Counted from the first letter of the stretch, positions 16,108 to 27,326 are shown. The stretch is 57,073 nucleotides of DNA from an uncultured bacterium (GCA_965662235.1 CBFIGY010000018.1:1-57073), one strand, 5' to 3'. The notes: generated by a model from the sequence alone, not told the origin. Numbers and translations are program-made.

Positions 16108-19100
16108 TTACTTTTTGTGAGCAGCCCCCCGGATTTCTTCGCATCCGGGCCCTTCAAGGCGGCTGCGCCCAAAACGCTGAGGCTGTACCTGAATCTGAGG
16201 GCTCACACGGTCCTTGAGGCTCTGGACGTGTGAGATGATGCCAATGGTTTTTCCCTCATGCTGCAAGCTGGACAGGGTCTCCAGCGCCGTCTCCAGCGCC
16301 TCCTCGTCCAGTGTTCCAAATCCTTCATCCAGAAAAAGCGACTCGAGGCGGATGGTCTGGCTCGCCATCTGGGAAAAGCCAAGGGCCAGCGCAAGGCTGA
16401 CCAGGAAGCTCTCTCCGCCGGAAAGGTTGTAGGGAGAGCGCATTTCCCCGGCCTGATACGTGTCCAGGACCTGCAGTTCCAGCGGCGTGGTCATGTCCGT
16501 CACCAGCAGGTAACGATCGGTCATGCGTTGCAGTTGCTGATTGGCCATGAGCACCAAGCGCTCAAAGGTCAGTCCCTGGGCAAAGTTCCGAAACTTCTTT
16601 CCGTCTGCTGAGCCAATCAGGTCATGAAGCAAGTTCCAACGCCGGCATTCCTGCTTCTGGCGTTCCAGTTCGCCAAGGTGCGTTTCCTGCGTCTTCAACA
16701 ACGCGTCGTGGTCGCTGAGCCTCTTCTGGTGGGCACCGTATTCCTGCTGAAGCCGCGCCTGTGTCTCTAGCAAGGCCTCCTGTGCTTCCTCCAGTTCTGG
16801 CTGCGAGCGTTCAGTCAGCTTCCGGCCTTGCTCCTCAATCAGCTCCTGAGTGTGCTTCTGCGTTTGATCCAGCAGAATCATTTGACGACGAGCCAGGCGA
16901 GTCGAGTGTTCCTGCAAGCGACGACGTTCCTCTTCCGGAAGCACCGCTTGGTGAAACGCGGCCTCCTCTGCAAAGCCTCCGGCCTGGAGTTGCTCCAGAA
17001 AGGCCGCCTCCTGATGCCGCAACTCCGGAGCCCGTTGCTGCAGAGCCTGCTCGCGTTCAGCAATCTGACGCCGGAGCTGCTGTTCCTGACTCCGAGCCAA
17101 TTCCGTTTGCTGACGCTGCACCTCGAATGCCTGTTCCGCACGAGACACAGCTGCCGCGAGTTCCTGTTCCCGGTCATCCGGAGGCGTCGTGCCTAGAAGC
17201 TGGTTCCGCTCCTGCTGAAGCACCTTCTGCTCCTGCTCGAGGGCCTGAAGGCGCTGAAGGACCTGCTGTTCCTCAGTTTCAAGGCGCTGCACCGTCGAGT
17301 GCTCGTTCCTAAGCTGCTCCTGCAGAATCCGGAGCTCATTCGCCAGCTCGTTCAGCCGCGTGTGCCGCAGGTTCCAAGCATCTCGGCGCTGCTCCAGTTG
17401 CTGGCGAAGGACACTCGCTTCTTGCTGAGGAGAGAGGTTCAAGGGACTCAACAGGGCGCCCAACGCCTGATCGGCGTGTTCCAGCTGCTGCTCCAGAGGC
17501 TCCTGCTCCAGTTCACGCTGCTGGGCTTCCGCATCTTCAAGGCGCTGTGCCAGCAACGCCCCGTCACGCTCAACAGCACTCAGCTGCTCCCGGAGGACGC
17601 TCAGGGTTTCGTGACGTTCGACCCCCTGCTGATCCTGCTCTTCCACCAGCGTCACCACTTGGCGAGCGGCTTCTCGTTGCTTCTGCACCGCGACGACTTG
17701 GTCGGCCAGGTGTGCTTCCAGACCTTCGGTTGCCAGCGGGAGCCGGTCCGGAAGCTCCAGTTCCTGCCAGTCCTGTTCTGCCTGGTCTTGCTCCTGCTGA
17801 AGAGCCTCCGCACGCGCCTTCCGCTGCTGCTGATCCTGCACCTGCTGCTGAACCTTCAGCTGCTGCTCCAGGAGTTGCTGCTGCAGCGTCCGGAGCGTTG
17901 CCTTCACTTCGTCCAACCGAATCCGAACTGGCTCCGCCGGAGGCAGCGTTTCCGACGCAAACGGATGCTCCGTCGCGCCACAGAGCGGACAGGCCTCCCC
18001 GGCCTTGAGCTCCGCGCGAGCGTCTTCGAGGCTGAGGATCCGTTGCCGCAGGTGCAGCTGTTCCTCCAGCAGCGCCTGTTCCCGCTGCAGAGCGTCCTGC
18101 TGTTCTGTGAGCCGTTGCGTTTCCTGCTGTCCTCGCTCAATCAACGGTTCCTGTTGCTCCTGCTCCTGAATGAGGGCTCGTTGCGACGCCAGCCCCTGCT
18201 GATGACGGCTCCGGAGCGCCTGGGCCTGCTGCAGTTGCTGGTGCTGGTGCTGCAGTGTCTCGTGCCGGTGACTCCAATCAGCAAGCGTCTGCCCTTGCAA
18301 AGCCGCTTCCCGGGCCGCCTTCTGGGCGTCTTGAGCCTCTACCAGCTCCTGCCGCTGTGATTCCAGAGCGGCCTGCGTTTGCTGAAGCAGAGGACGTTCA
18401 TGAGCCAGCGTCTCCAGTCGGTTCCGGAGCACCTGACGCTGCCGTTGCTGTTCCTGCACCCGCTCAGCCAAATGCGTTCGCCCGTCCAGCCGCTCCAACA
18501 GGCCACTGAGTTGTTCCACAAGCAGAGCATCCCCTTCGTGCTCCTGCTGCTGGCGGCTCAAGGCTTCCTGCTCCTGCTGCAGCGCTCCCTGTTTCTGCTG
18601 GAGGGTCCGGAGGCGAGAGGCCGCATCCTCCTGCTCCTGTTGCTGCGTCTTCCGGGACACCTGCACCTCCGCCACCACCTGACGTTTTTCCTCCAACTGC
18701 ACATCCAGAGTCCGGACCTGCTGCAGCATGGGCTGCTGTGCCTGCTGAATCGTTCGACGCTCCTCGCGAACCTGCTCGGCCTGCTGCAACGCCACCGCTT
18801 GCTGCTCCCGAACCTGCTCGGCGATGGTCAGGTTTTCCCGGAGGCGTGTGAGTTCCTGCTGGTCGGCCTGCTGCTGCTTCCGGAGCGCCTGAACTTCAGA
18901 AAACGCCCCCATGCGCTCCAGAGCCTGAAGGGCACGATCCAGGCGTTGCTGCTCTGGAGCAAACGCCGCAAGTTCTTGATTCAGGGTTTCTTGCTGACGC
19001 TGCCCGCGCTCCAGCTCCTGCTGAAGCTCCTTCAGCTTCTTCAGCCACTCCAGATGCTCCGCTTGCTGCTTCAGCTGGGCCGTCACGGCCTGAGTCTGAT

Positions 19101-19788
19101 CTTGCAGCTGAGTCAGCCCCTTCCGGAGCTCCTGTTCCTCCTCAGCCGTCAGCAACGGCAGCCCCTCCAGCGTCTTCTGCAGGTCCCTCTCCTTCTGCTG
19201 CTCCTCAGCTCGACGAGCGTGTACCCGAATCGAGATCTCCGTGTAAATTCGGGTCCCCGTCAGGTGCTCCAGCAGCGGCGCACGCTCATTCGGAGCGGCA
19301 TGAAGAAAGGTCGCGAACCCACCCTGCGCCAACAGGATGGAGCGGGTGAAGCGGTCAAAGTCGAGGCCGGTGACTTCGATCACCTTATTGCGCACCGATC
19401 TCAGTTGCCCCTCTAGGAGTTTCTGAGACTCGGCATCGCTGATTTCATGCTTGGGAGCCTGGAGCTGATTCCCAGGTTTCTTGTTTGCCCGGTGCTGACT
19501 CCAGTGGCAGCGGTAGCGTCCGGACTGCGTGGAGAACGTCACCTCAGCAAAGCACTCCCCAGTTTGCCGGGACATGATCTCGTTGGTGCTGGCGCTCACC
19601 GATGGCAACCGCGGCGTCCGCCCATACAGCGCAAGGCAGATGGCGTCCAAAAGGGTGGTCTTTCCTGCTCCAGTGGGTCCGGTGATCGCAAAGAGGCGGC
19701 CTTCCACAAAATCCTGGGCCTCAAAGTTGATGCGCCAGGTCCCTTCTAGGGAGTTCAGGTTCCGGAAGCGCAACTCTAGGATCTTCAT
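16108..19788 (-). CDS. sbcC: SbcCD nuclease ATPase subunit (Rad50-like)
   Basis: GPTGAGKTT Walker A, long coiled coil, CPLCG zinc hook, LSGGE signature, LFLDEGFG. Confidence 0.95.
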   Translation of the reverse strand: MKILELRFRNLNSLEGTWRINFEAQDFVEGRLFAITGPTGAGKTTLLDAICLALYGRTPRLPSVSASTNEIMSRQTGECFAEVTFSTQSGRYRCHWSQHRANKKPGNQLQAPKHEISDAESQKLLEGQLRSVRNKVIEVTGLDFDRFTRSILLAQGGFATFLHAAPNERAPLLEHLTGTRIYTEISIRVHARRAEEQQKERDLQKTLEGLPLLTAEEEQELRKGLTQLQDQTQAVTAQLKQQAEHLEWLKKLKELQQELERGQRQQETLNQELAAFAPEQQRLDRALQALERMGAFSEVQALRKQQQADQQELTRLRENLTIAEQVREQQAVALQQAEQVREERRTIQQAQQPMLQQVRTLDVQLEEKRQVVAEVQVSRKTQQQEQEDAASRLRTLQQKQGALQQEQEALSRQQQEHEGDALLVEQLSGLLERLDGRTHLAERVQEQQRQRQVLRNRLETLAHERPLLQQTQAALESQRQELVEAQDAQKAAREAALQGQTLADWSHRHETLQHQHQQLQQAQALRSRHQQGLASQRALIQEQEQQEPLIERGQQETQRLTEQQDALQREQALLEEQLHLRQRILSLEDARAELKAGEACPLCGATEHPFASETLPPAEPVRIRLDEVKATLRTLQQQLLEQQLKVQQQVQDQQQRKARAEALQQEQDQAEQDWQELELPDRLPLATEGLEAHLADQVVAVQKQREAARQVVTLVEEQDQQGVERHETLSVLREQLSAVERDGALLAQRLEDAEAQQRELEQEPLEQQLEHADQALGALLSPLNLSPQQEASVLRQQLEQRRDAWNLRHTRLNELANELRILQEQLRNEHSTVQRLETEEQQVLQRLQALEQEQKVLQQERNQLLGTTPPDDREQELAAAVSRAEQAFEVQRQQTELARSQEQQLRRQIAEREQALQQRAPELRHQEAAFLEQLQAGGFAEEAAFHQAVLPEEERRRLQEHSTRLARRQMILLDQTQKHTQELIEEQGRKLTERSQPELEEAQEALLETQARLQQEYGAHQKRLSDHDALLKTQETHLGELERQKQECRRWNLLHDLIGSADGKKFRNFAQGLTFERLVLMANQQLQRMTDRYLLVTDMTTPLELQVLDTYQAGEMRSPYNLSGGESFLVSLALALGFSQMASQTIRLESLFLDEGFGTLDEEALETALETLSSLQHEGKTIGIISHVQSLKDRVSPQIQVQPQRFGRSRLEGPGCEEIRGAAHKK

Positions 19789-21014
19789 GCAGAGGCCTCC
19801 TCTAGGTGGTCTTCAGTTTCGAGTGCATGCAGCACTTCCTGATACGCCTGCAGCAGCTCCGGTTGCTGGGCTTTTGGAACCTGGTAATGCTCCAGGCAGC
19901 GCTGAAACACCTCTTTCGGACTCAGTTCTTCCAGGGTTTCTGCCGGATGCTGCAGACGCGGGACAGTGGGGGCCCAGCGGGCGTTCTTCACCCGGAGCAG
20001 CTCCAGCGGGGTTCCGGAAATGATTTCTTCCAACTGCTGCTGAAGGTTCTCCACCAGCTCGGCTCCCGTGTACGTCACTTCCAGCCAGACGGAGGTGTCT
20101 GCCGCGCACAGCTCCTGCAAACGCTCCTGGAGGGTCGCCCAGTCCCCCTGAAGGGAAACCAGCTTCTGGAAGGTCGGAATCGGCAACAGCCGGGCTGTGG
20201 TTCCTGCAGCAGTCAGGTCCACCAGCACCACGCTCTTTTGCTGTGCTGCCTCGCCAAATCCCATTGGCAGAGGCGAGCCACTGTAGCGGATCAGCGGGCC
20301 TCCCTTGACCTGCTGCGGCACATGCAGGTGCCCCAGCGCCACATAGTTCAGCGCCGACGGAAACAGCGCCGACGAGATCTGCCCCAAGGCGCCCACGTAA
20401 AGATTCCGGACGCCCTCGCCCTCTTGCACAGCCCCTCCGGTGGTAAACAAGTGCCCCATGGCCACCACCGGCAGGTCCGGATGCGCCGCACGTTCCTGTT
20501 CCGCTTTTGCAAAGACCCGGGCATAATGGTCATGAATTCCGGCGACGAGGCGCTGGTCCTTGTCCTCCGGTGTCTCTCCTGACTCCACGGTCCGGAGTTC
20601 CCGGTCATGGAGAAAGGGCACCGCGCAGACAATCAATTCCGGCATCCCCTGGTGACGCAGAACCAGCACCTCGTCCTCTGGAGACGAAGCCTTGCCGATC
20701 ACGTGCACGTTCAAGGCGCGCAGAAGGGTTTGAGGCGCATTGAGAAAGGTGGGCGAGTCGTGGTTTCCGGCAATCACCACCACGTGTCGGCACGAAGAGC
20801 CCGCCACTTGAGCCAGAAACTGGTAGTACTGCTGCTGAGCCGTGGTGCCCGGTGTTGAGGTGTCAAAGACGTCTCCGGCAATCAACAGCGCCTCCACCTG
20901 CTCGTCCCTAAGGGTCGTCACCAGCCAAGAGAGAAACGCCTCGAACTCCGCGTGACGCTTGCGTCCGTACAAGGAGCGTCCTAGGTGCCAGTCGGAAGTA
21001 TGAAGCAGCTTCAT
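19785..21014 (-). CDS. sbcD: SbcCD nuclease subunit D (Mre11-like)
   Basis: LHTSDWHLG, AGDVFD, AGNHD, LGHLH, YSGSP; start at ATG 21014. Confidence 0.95.
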   Translation of the reverse strand: MKLLHTSDWHLGRSLYGRKRHAEFEAFLSWLVTTLRDEQVEALLIAGDVFDTSTPGTTAQQQYYQFLAQVAGSSCRHVVVIAGNHDSPTFLNAPQTLLRALNVHVIGKASSPEDEVLVLRHQGMPELIVCAVPFLHDRELRTVESGETPEDKDQRLVAGIHDHYARVFAKAEQERAAHPDLPVVAMGHLFTTGGAVQEGEGVRNLYVGALGQISSALFPSALNYVALGHLHVPQQVKGGPLIRYSGSPLPMGFGEAAQQKSVVLVDLTAAGTTARLLPIPTFQKLVSLQGDWATLQERLQELCAADTSVWLEVTYTGAELVENLQQQLEEIISGTPLELLRVKNARWAPTVPRLQHPAETLEELSPKEVFQRCLEHYQVPKAQQPELLQAYQEVLHALETEDHLEEASA

Positions 21015-21132
21015 GGGCAATCGGGAAGATGAGGGGTTGAAAGAAGGGTTACCTTTTCGCAAATGCCCCAGCCTGTCAAGGCTTTTCCCTGAGCATGCAT
21101 GGAGCAGGATCGCGTTTTTTGCAGGAGTGCTG

Positions 21133-21963
21133 ATGGAACCCAACCCCTCTCGTTTTTCCTTGGAAGAGTCGCCTTCCACGGCCACCGAGACCGTTGCCGT
21201 GATGGACGAAACCGGCGCTTGGCGCGACGTTTCGGTAACAGGCGAACGCCCCCTAACGCTGCTGGTCAACAACCGAGAGCTTGTCACCTTGATGACCCTA
21301 GGGCGGCATCCGGAGCTTCTGGCCATTGGTTGGTTGCGGAATCAGGGATTCTTGGAGCAGGCTTCCGAGCTGCTGTCTGTTCAGGTCATCTGGGATGCAC
21401 AAACCGCGGTTCTCTTCATTCAGAACGACCTGACGGGCTGGGAGAAGAAGCTGGCCAAGCGTACGGTCACCACCGGCTGCGGGCAGGGCACGGTGTTTGG
21501 TGAGCTGGTCGGCGACTTAGAACGCTATCAGCTTCCACGCCCCACGGTTCGGCAATCCACGCTCTATGCGCTGTTGCGGAACCTCAAGCACTGCAATGAG
21601 GTGTACCGCGAATCCGGAGCCGTGCACGGCTGTGCCCTCTGCGAGGAGGACCAGGTTCGCTTCTTTGTGGAGGACGTGGGCCGTCACAACGCGGCCGACG
21701 CCATTGCTGGGCACATGCTGCTCGAGGGCATTCCTGGAGGAGACAAGGTGTTTTACACAACCGGACGCCTGACGTCAGAGATGGTCATCAAGACTGCGCA
21801 GATGGGCATTCCGGTGCTGGTCTCGCGGGCCGGTGTCACCCAGATGGGCCTAGACCTCGCTCGGCGGCTCGGGGTGACGCTCCTTTCCCGCGCCGGGGGC
21901 AAACACTTCCTTGTTTACAACGGCGCCGAAACCCTGGTGCTGGATGCTCCTCCGGACGCTTGA
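21133..21963 (+). CDS. fdhD: Formate dehydrogenase accessory sulfurtransferase
   Basis: ERPLTL, TTGCGQG, GAVHGCAL, EDVGRHNA, TTGRLTSEMV; GGAG RBS. Confidence 0.92.
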   Translation: MEPNPSRFSLEESPSTATETVAVMDETGAWRDVSVTGERPLTLLVNNRELVTLMTLGRHPELLAIGWLRNQGFLEQASELLSVQVIWDAQTAVLFIQNDLTGWEKKLAKRTVTTGCGQGTVFGELVGDLERYQLPRPTVRQSTLYALLRNLKHCNEVYRESGAVHGCALCEEDQVRFFVEDVGRHNAADAIAGHMLLEGIPGGDKVFYTTGRLTSEMVIKTAQMGIPVLVSRAGVTQMGLDLARRLGVTLLSRAGGKHFLVYNGAETLVLDAPPDA

Positions 21964-22008
21964 ATCTGTTTCTCACCCGCCGCTTGTTCTGATCGTACAA
22001 CCTCCCTC

Positions 22009-23073
22009 ATGATCCGCTCCCCCCACCTTCCGAAACGCCTGCCGCGTCCCAAGGAATTGGCCTCAATGACCGACCGGCAGTTCTTTTCCGCACTCGCTGA
22101 GCAGGGCCCCCTCTCGCGGGCCGACATCGCCAAGCTCACCGGCATCTCCAAGCCGACGATTTCAGAATCAGCCCAGCGGTTGGTCGGTCAGGGGTACGTC
22201 CGGGAGACGAACCGGAAGACGCAGGGGCGCCAGGGACGCAGTGGCCTGCTGTACGAAATCAACAGGGGCTTTGGTTTTGGGCTGGGGGTCACGCTGGACA
22301 GCGCGTTGCTGCGGGCTCAGGCTTTGGATTTTGCAGGAAGCCGCGTCTGGTCTGCTGAGCGGTCGCTCTCCGGGGTGACGTCCAAGGTAGAGTTGCTGAG
22401 CGTGCTGCATGAGCTGGTTGCTGAAAGCCAGACCCAGGTTTCCGGAAGCCTGCTGGCAACCAGCGTGTCGCTGTCAGCTCCTGTCAATGCCGCAACCGGA
22501 GAGGTGCGGGCGCTTCCGGATTCCCACTTTCCAATGGGACACGACCTCAATGTGCTGAAGGAAGTTGAAATCGACAGCCCCGTGCTTGTGGACAACGATG
22601 TCAACTGGGCCACCCTGGCTGAAAGCATCGCCGGCGCAGCTCAAGGAGTGGCTCACTTCCTGTTTGTTTACCTTGGCAGGGGCATTGGAGCTGGGGTGTA
22701 CCTTTCGGGACAGCTGCAGCAGGGCGCTGCAGGACTGGCAGGAGAGATTGGCTACTTCCGGGCCTCCGGAGATGAGACCCTGCTGGGACGCATCAACCGG
22801 CAGCCTTCCGGAAAGTGGGATGCCGCGACCCTTTCTCTGGCCGGTGAAGCCGTGGTGCACTCAGCCATTCTCCTCAACCCAAGCCAGATTGTTCTGGGAG
22901 GGCCACTCATGGAGGAAGAGGCGACCTTTCGCCAGCTTCAGCAGGAGATCCAGGCGCGCTCCCTGATTCCCCTAGAAGTCGTTCCCAGCCAGCTCCCAGA
23001 GCAGGGTCCGCTGGTGGGCGCGGCACTGGGCGCGTACCGGCACGCCCTGAACCGGCTGGAGCTACGCGTCTGA
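22009..23073 (+). CDS. ROK family transcriptional regulator
   Basis: N-terminal HTH (SRADIAKLTGISKPT), DNDVN, GRGIGAG, GLAGEIG. Confidence 0.92.
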   Translation: MIRSPHLPKRLPRPKELASMTDRQFFSALAEQGPLSRADIAKLTGISKPTISESAQRLVGQGYVRETNRKTQGRQGRSGLLYEINRGFGFGLGVTLDSALLRAQALDFAGSRVWSAERSLSGVTSKVELLSVLHELVAESQTQVSGSLLATSVSLSAPVNAATGEVRALPDSHFPMGHDLNVLKEVEIDSPVLVDNDVNWATLAESIAGAAQGVAHFLFVYLGRGIGAGVYLSGQLQQGAAGLAGEIGYFRASGDETLLGRINRQPSGKWDAATLSLAGEAVVHSAILLNPSQIVLGGPLMEEEATFRQLQQEIQARSLIPLEVVPSQLPEQGPLVGAALGAYRHALNRLELRV

Positions 23074-23075
23074 CG

Positions 23076-24191
23076 TCAGGTCAGGACGATGCGGGCTTCG
23101 CTCTTTGGGTCAAAGACCACCGCCTTGTCCATGTTGACCGCAAACTCAAAGGTCTGCTCTGCTTCCACCAGGATGTCTGAGCGCATCCGGGCAATCACCG
23201 CCTGATTGCACAGCGTTGTCGTGACAAACGTATCGGAACCCGCAGGCTCCGTGATGTCCACCTTGTTGGTGAGGGTCTGGATGTTTTTGGCCTTGCGGTC
23301 GGCGCCCTCCACATCGGTGATCGCTTCTGGACGAATGCCCAGGAGAACGTCCCGGTCCTTCCACTCCACCAGTCCCTTCTGACTGAACTTCAGCAGCACC
23401 GGTTTTCCCTGGGAGTCTTCTACCTGAATGAACGGGGCGTCCTCCTGCACCACGACCTTGGCCGGGACGATGTTCATCGCCGGGCTCCCCATGAAGGTGG
23501 CCACAAACACATTTGCAGGCGTATCGTAGATTTCCTGCGGGGTTCCCAGCTGCTGGACGTACCCGCGGTGCATCACCGCAATCCGGGTTGAAAGCGTGAG
23601 GGCTTCAATCTGGTCGTGGGTGACATAGACGGTGGTGGTCTTCAGCTTCTGGTGCAGCTTCTTGATCTCCGTCCGCATGTCCACACGCAGCTTGGCGTCG
23701 AGGTTCGAAAGTGGCTCATCAAAGAGGAACACGTCCGGATCCCGGACCAGGGCCCGTCCCATGGCGACCCGCTGACGCTGCCCTCCAGAAAGCTGTCCGG
23801 GCTTGCGGTCCAGGAGCTGATCGATCTGCAGCATGTTGGCCACCCGCTGCATGGCAGCGTCTCGCTCAGCCTTTGGAACACCGTGCATTTCGAGGCCAAA
23901 GGTGATGTTTTCCCCCACCGTCATGTTGGGGTAGAGGGCATAGGACTGAAAGACCATCGCAATGTTCCGCTTAGACGGATGCACTCCGTTCATCAAGCGT
24001 CCATTGATGTGGATGTTCCCGGAGGTGATGCCCTCAAGGCCGGCGATCATGTTGAGGAGGGTGGATTTGCCACACCCGGACGGTCCCACCAGCACCAGGA
24101 ATTCCCCTTTTTGCACCTCAATGTCAATTTTGTGCAGGACCTCCACCGAGCCGTACGACTTGGTGGCATTTTCAATCTTCAGAAAGCTCAT
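23076..24191 (-). CDS. Sugar ABC transporter ATP-binding protein (MalK-like)
   Basis: GPSGCGKST, LSGGQRQR, FDEPLSNLD, TOBE-like tail. Confidence 0.95.
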   Translation of the reverse strand: MSFLKIENATKSYGSVEVLHKIDIEVQKGEFLVLVGPSGCGKSTLLNMIAGLEGITSGNIHINGRLMNGVHPSKRNIAMVFQSYALYPNMTVGENITFGLEMHGVPKAERDAAMQRVANMLQIDQLLDRKPGQLSGGQRQRVAMGRALVRDPDVFLFDEPLSNLDAKLRVDMRTEIKKLHQKLKTTTVYVTHDQIEALTLSTRIAVMHRGYVQQLGTPQEIYDTPANVFVATFMGSPAMNIVPAKVVVQEDAPFIQVEDSQGKPVLLKFSQKGLVEWKDRDVLLGIRPEAITDVEGADRKAKNIQTLTNKVDITEPAGSDTFVTTTLCNQAVIARMRSDILVEAEQTFEFAVNMDKAVVFDPKSEARIVLT

Positions 24192-24216
24192 GTGAAAACA
24201 TAGCGTGTGGGGTTAA

Positions 24217-25098
24217 TCATCCCTTGACCGAGCCCGCCATCAGGCCTCTGACGAAGTAGCGTCCGGCAACAATGTAGACGAGGAGGGTGGGAAGTGCGGC
24301 AATGATGGCTCCGGCAAAGTGGACGTTGTACTCCTTCACCCCTGTGGAGCTCTGCACCAGGTTGTTGAGGGCGACCGTCATCGGCTGGCTGTCGAAGTCC
24401 GCAAAGGAGGCGCCAAAGAGGAAGTCATTCCAGATGTTGGTGAACTGCCAGATGACCGACACCACAATGATGGGCCCGGAGCTTGGCAGCAGGATGCGCC
24501 AGAAGATCCGGAAGAAGCCCGCCCCGTCGATCTGTGCCGCTCGGATCAGCTCTGTGGGAAACACCTGGTAGTAGTTCTTAAAGTACAGCGTGGTGAACCC
24601 CAGCCCGTAAACGACGTGCACCAGCACCAGTCCCGGAGTGGAACCGGCCAGACCACTGAGGCCCAGGATCCGGGCCATCGGAATGAGGACAATCTGGAAG
24701 GGGATGAAGCAGGCAAAGAGCATGAGCCCAAAAATGAGCGTGTCTCCCCGGAAACGCCACTTGGTCAGAACGTACCCATTGACCGCTCCCAAGACCGTCG
24801 AGATGGCCACTGCAGGAACCACCATCTTGATGGAGTTCCAGAAGTAGGGGCTCAGTCCGTTGGCTTCCACTCCGATCTGGGCACTCGACCACGCCTTGGC
24901 CCACGGCTCTAGGGTAAACACCAGCGGCAGGCTCATCATGTTTCCACCGGTGATTTCAGAAAGGGGCTTGACCGAGTTCAGCACCATGATGCCAAAGGGC
25001 AACAGGTAAAACAGCGCAAAGAGGAGCAGCGTCAGGTAGATGAGCACCTGAATGAAGCGGGAATTGCTGACTGCTGTTTCGTTCGAAGCAATCGCCAT
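24217..25098 (-). CDS. Carbohydrate ABC permease (MalG/GtsC-like)
   Basis: RAAQIDGA EAA loop, IWNDFL, 6 TM. Confidence 0.93.
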   Translation of the reverse strand: MAIASNETAVSNSRFIQVLIYLTLLLFALFYLLPFGIMVLNSVKPLSEITGGNMMSLPLVFTLEPWAKAWSSAQIGVEANGLSPYFWNSIKMVVPAVAISTVLGAVNGYVLTKWRFRGDTLIFGLMLFACFIPFQIVLIPMARILGLSGLAGSTPGLVLVHVVYGLGFTTLYFKNYYQVFPTELIRAAQIDGAGFFRIFWRILLPSSGPIIVVSVIWQFTNIWNDFLFGASFADFDSQPMTVALNNLVQSSTGVKEYNVHFAGAIIAALPTLLVYIVAGRYFVRGLMAGSVKG

Positions 25099-25994
25099 TA
25101 CTTTTTCTCCCTCAGTTCGGAATAGAGATACGGCACCATGATCGCCACAATCGTCAACAGCATGATGACGGCGGAAGAAGCGCCAATCCCCATTTGCTTG
25201 CGGGTAAAGGTGTAGGAGTACATGAAGGTCGCCGGCAGCTCCGTGGCCCGTCCCGGCCCCCCACCCGTTAGGGCAATCACTAGGTCGTAAGACTTGATGG
25301 CAAGGTGACTGAGGATGACAAATGCAGACAGAAACGCCGGACGCAGCTGCGGAATGATGATGCGGCGGTAGAGGTTCCAGTTGGAGGCCCCGTCAATCTG
25401 TGCGGCCTTGAGGATCTCGTTGTCAATCCCCCGCAGCCCCGCCAGAAACATGGCCATCACAAAACCACTGGTCTGCCACACTGCGGCCAGCACCACCGTG
25501 TAAAGCGCGTAGTCACGGTCCTTGATCCAGTTGAACTCAAAGGTCTCCCACCCCCACAGGTGCATGGTGTTTTCCAGACCAATTCCCGGATCCAGAAACC
25601 ACTTCCATGCGGTGCCTGTGACAATGAAGCTCAGGGCCATCGGGTAGAGAAAAATCGGACGCAGCACACCTTCGCCCCGGATCTTTTGGTCCAGGAAGAT
25701 GGCTAGGGTCAGTCCAATGACGGTGCAGATGGAGATGTAGAGTCCGGCAAAGACGCCCAGGTTGGTGATGGCGACGCTCCAGTGCCGGAGCTGAAACAGC
25801 TTTTCGTAGTTGGAGAACCCCACCCAGTCATAGGAGGGGAGCAAACGGCTATTGGTAAACGACAGGTAGAGCGAAAAGAGGATGAAGCCGTAAACAAAGA
25901 CCAGGGTCAGCGCCAGGGAGGGGGAAAGGACCAGCTTGGGAATCCATTGCTGAAGGCGTGTTTTCAGGTCGTCCTGCATGGCGGCATGTGCCAT
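25098..25994 (-). CDS. Carbohydrate ABC permease (MalF/GtsB-like)
   Basis: VGFSNY, KAAQIDGA, TGGGPG. Confidence 0.93.
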   Translation of the reverse strand: MAHAAMQDDLKTRLQQWIPKLVLSPSLALTLVFVYGFILFSLYLSFTNSRLLPSYDWVGFSNYEKLFQLRHWSVAITNLGVFAGLYISICTVIGLTLAIFLDQKIRGEGVLRPIFLYPMALSFIVTGTAWKWFLDPGIGLENTMHLWGWETFEFNWIKDRDYALYTVVLAAVWQTSGFVMAMFLAGLRGIDNEILKAAQIDGASNWNLYRRIIIPQLRPAFLSAFVILSHLAIKSYDLVIALTGGGPGRATELPATFMYSYTFTRKQMGIGASSAVIMLLTIVAIMVPYLYSELREKK

Positions 25995-26025
25995 GTGATG
26001 CCTCCTTATCAGTGAAATCGAAACA

Positions 26026-26052
26026 GGGCAGAGCCGGGAATCGACCCTGCCC
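26026..26052 (-). other. Intra-operonic stem-loop downstream of the binding-protein gene
   Basis: 11-bp stem that is fully paired (with G-U) only on the transcribed minus strand. Confidence 0.55.
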
Positions 26053-26075
26053 CAAACTCAGATCAGCAATGCTGA

Positions 26076-27326
26076 TTACTTGGCCATTGAAACCGCGCTG
26101 GCCATTTCTTCAGCTGCGGTGGCAGCGTCGTACTCACCGTTGAAGTGGGCGGTGATGACGTCGTACATGGCGTTCTTCACAGCCGCCGGGTTGGCGTGTC
26201 CGTGAGCCATGGAGCCGAACAGCATGCCGGTTGCGTTGGCAGCAGCCAGTTCAGCCATGCCCTTCTTGCCGCAGGCGTCAAAGTCGGTGTTCGGAACGTC
26301 GGTCCGTGCCGGCACCGAGCCCTTCACCACGTTGAAGGCAGACTGGAAGGAAGGAGCCATGATGGAGCTGGCCAGGGTGGCTTGGTCCTTTGCCGCTCCG
26401 CCCTGCACGCCAAACATGGCGAACTGGTCAGAGTTGAAGGTCACCGTGCCTTGGGTGCCTGGGACGCGGAAGCAGAGGAAGTCCTGATCCGGAACCTTGT
26501 TGGCCTTGAGGAATTCACCCTTGGCCCAGTCTCCCATGATCTGGAAAGCCGCTTCGTTGTTGATGACCATGGCAGACGCCAGGTTCCAGTCTCGACCCGA
26601 GAAGTTCTCATCAACAAAGCCTCGCAGCACAGCCATGCGCTCGAAGGTCTTGCGCATCGTCTCCGAGTTCAGTGCCTTCGGATCCAGGTCGATGAAGGCG
26701 GCGCGGTAGAAGTTCGGTCCACCGGTAGCCATGGCCACGCCATCAAAGATGGTCGCGTCCTGCCAGGCCTGTCCGCCGTGAGCGAGGGCGACCTTTCCGG
26801 AAGCCTTCACTTTTTCCAGAGCGGCCACAAACTCATCCCAAGTGCCCGGCTGCTGAATGCCCAGGTCGTCCAGGATCTTCTTGTTGGCCCACACCCAGTT
26901 GGTGGAGTGCACGTTCACCGGAGCCGACACCCACTGGCCGTCGTACTTGGCAAACTTCTGGAGTGCTGCCGGCACCACGGCGTCCCAGTTCTCTCGCTGA
27001 GCCACGGCGTTCAGGTTCGCCAGCTTGCCCTGCTTGGCCCAGTCCAGAATGTCAAAGCCCAGCATCTGGACCGCGGTGGGCGGGTTGCCTGCAGACACAC
27101 GAGCCGCCAAAACCGTCATGGCGCTCTCTCCACCCCCACCGGCGACCGGCATGTCTTTCCAGCCGACACCTTTGCCGACCAGGTCATCCTTCAGCACGTT
27201 CAGTGCTGCGGCCTCACCACCGGAGGTCCACCAGTGAAGGACTTCAACGTCGCTGGCCATTGCCAGGGAAGACGACAGCATCAGGGACCCTGCTACAGCA
27301 AAGTTTTTGATGAGTTTTTGGTGCAT
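26076..27326 (-). CDS. Sugar ABC substrate-binding protein (glucose/mannose GtsA-like)
   Basis: [46 protein letters not shown]. Confidence 0.92.
   Translation of the reverse strand: MHQKLIKNFAVAGSLMLSSSLAMASDVEVLHWWTSGGEAAALNVLKDDLVGKGVGWKDMPVAGGGGESAMTVLAARVSAGNPPTAVQMLGFDILDWAKQGKLANLNAVAQRENWDAVVPAALQKFAKYDGQWVSAPVNVHSTNWVWANKKILDDLGIQQPGTWDEFVAALEKVKASGKVALAHGGQAWQDATIFDGVAMATGGPNFYRAAFIDLDPKALNSETMRKTFERMAVLRGFVDENFSGRDWNLASAMVINNEAAFQIMGDWAKGEFLKANKVPDQDFLCFRVPGTQGTVTFNSDQFAMFGVQGGAAKDQATLASSIMAPSFQSAFNVVKGSVPARTDVPNTDFDACGKKGMAELAAANATGMLFGSMAHGHANPAAVKNAMYDVITAHFNGEYDAATAAEEMASAVSMAK

Noticed and set aside
16700..19200. CTG/CAG-rich quasi-repeats
   Set aside because: Explained by the Gln/Leu/Glu-rich SbcC coiled coil
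16108..21014. SbcCD as an anti-phage SMC/Wadjet-like system
   Set aside because: Canonical sbcD-sbcC pair with no accessory defence genes
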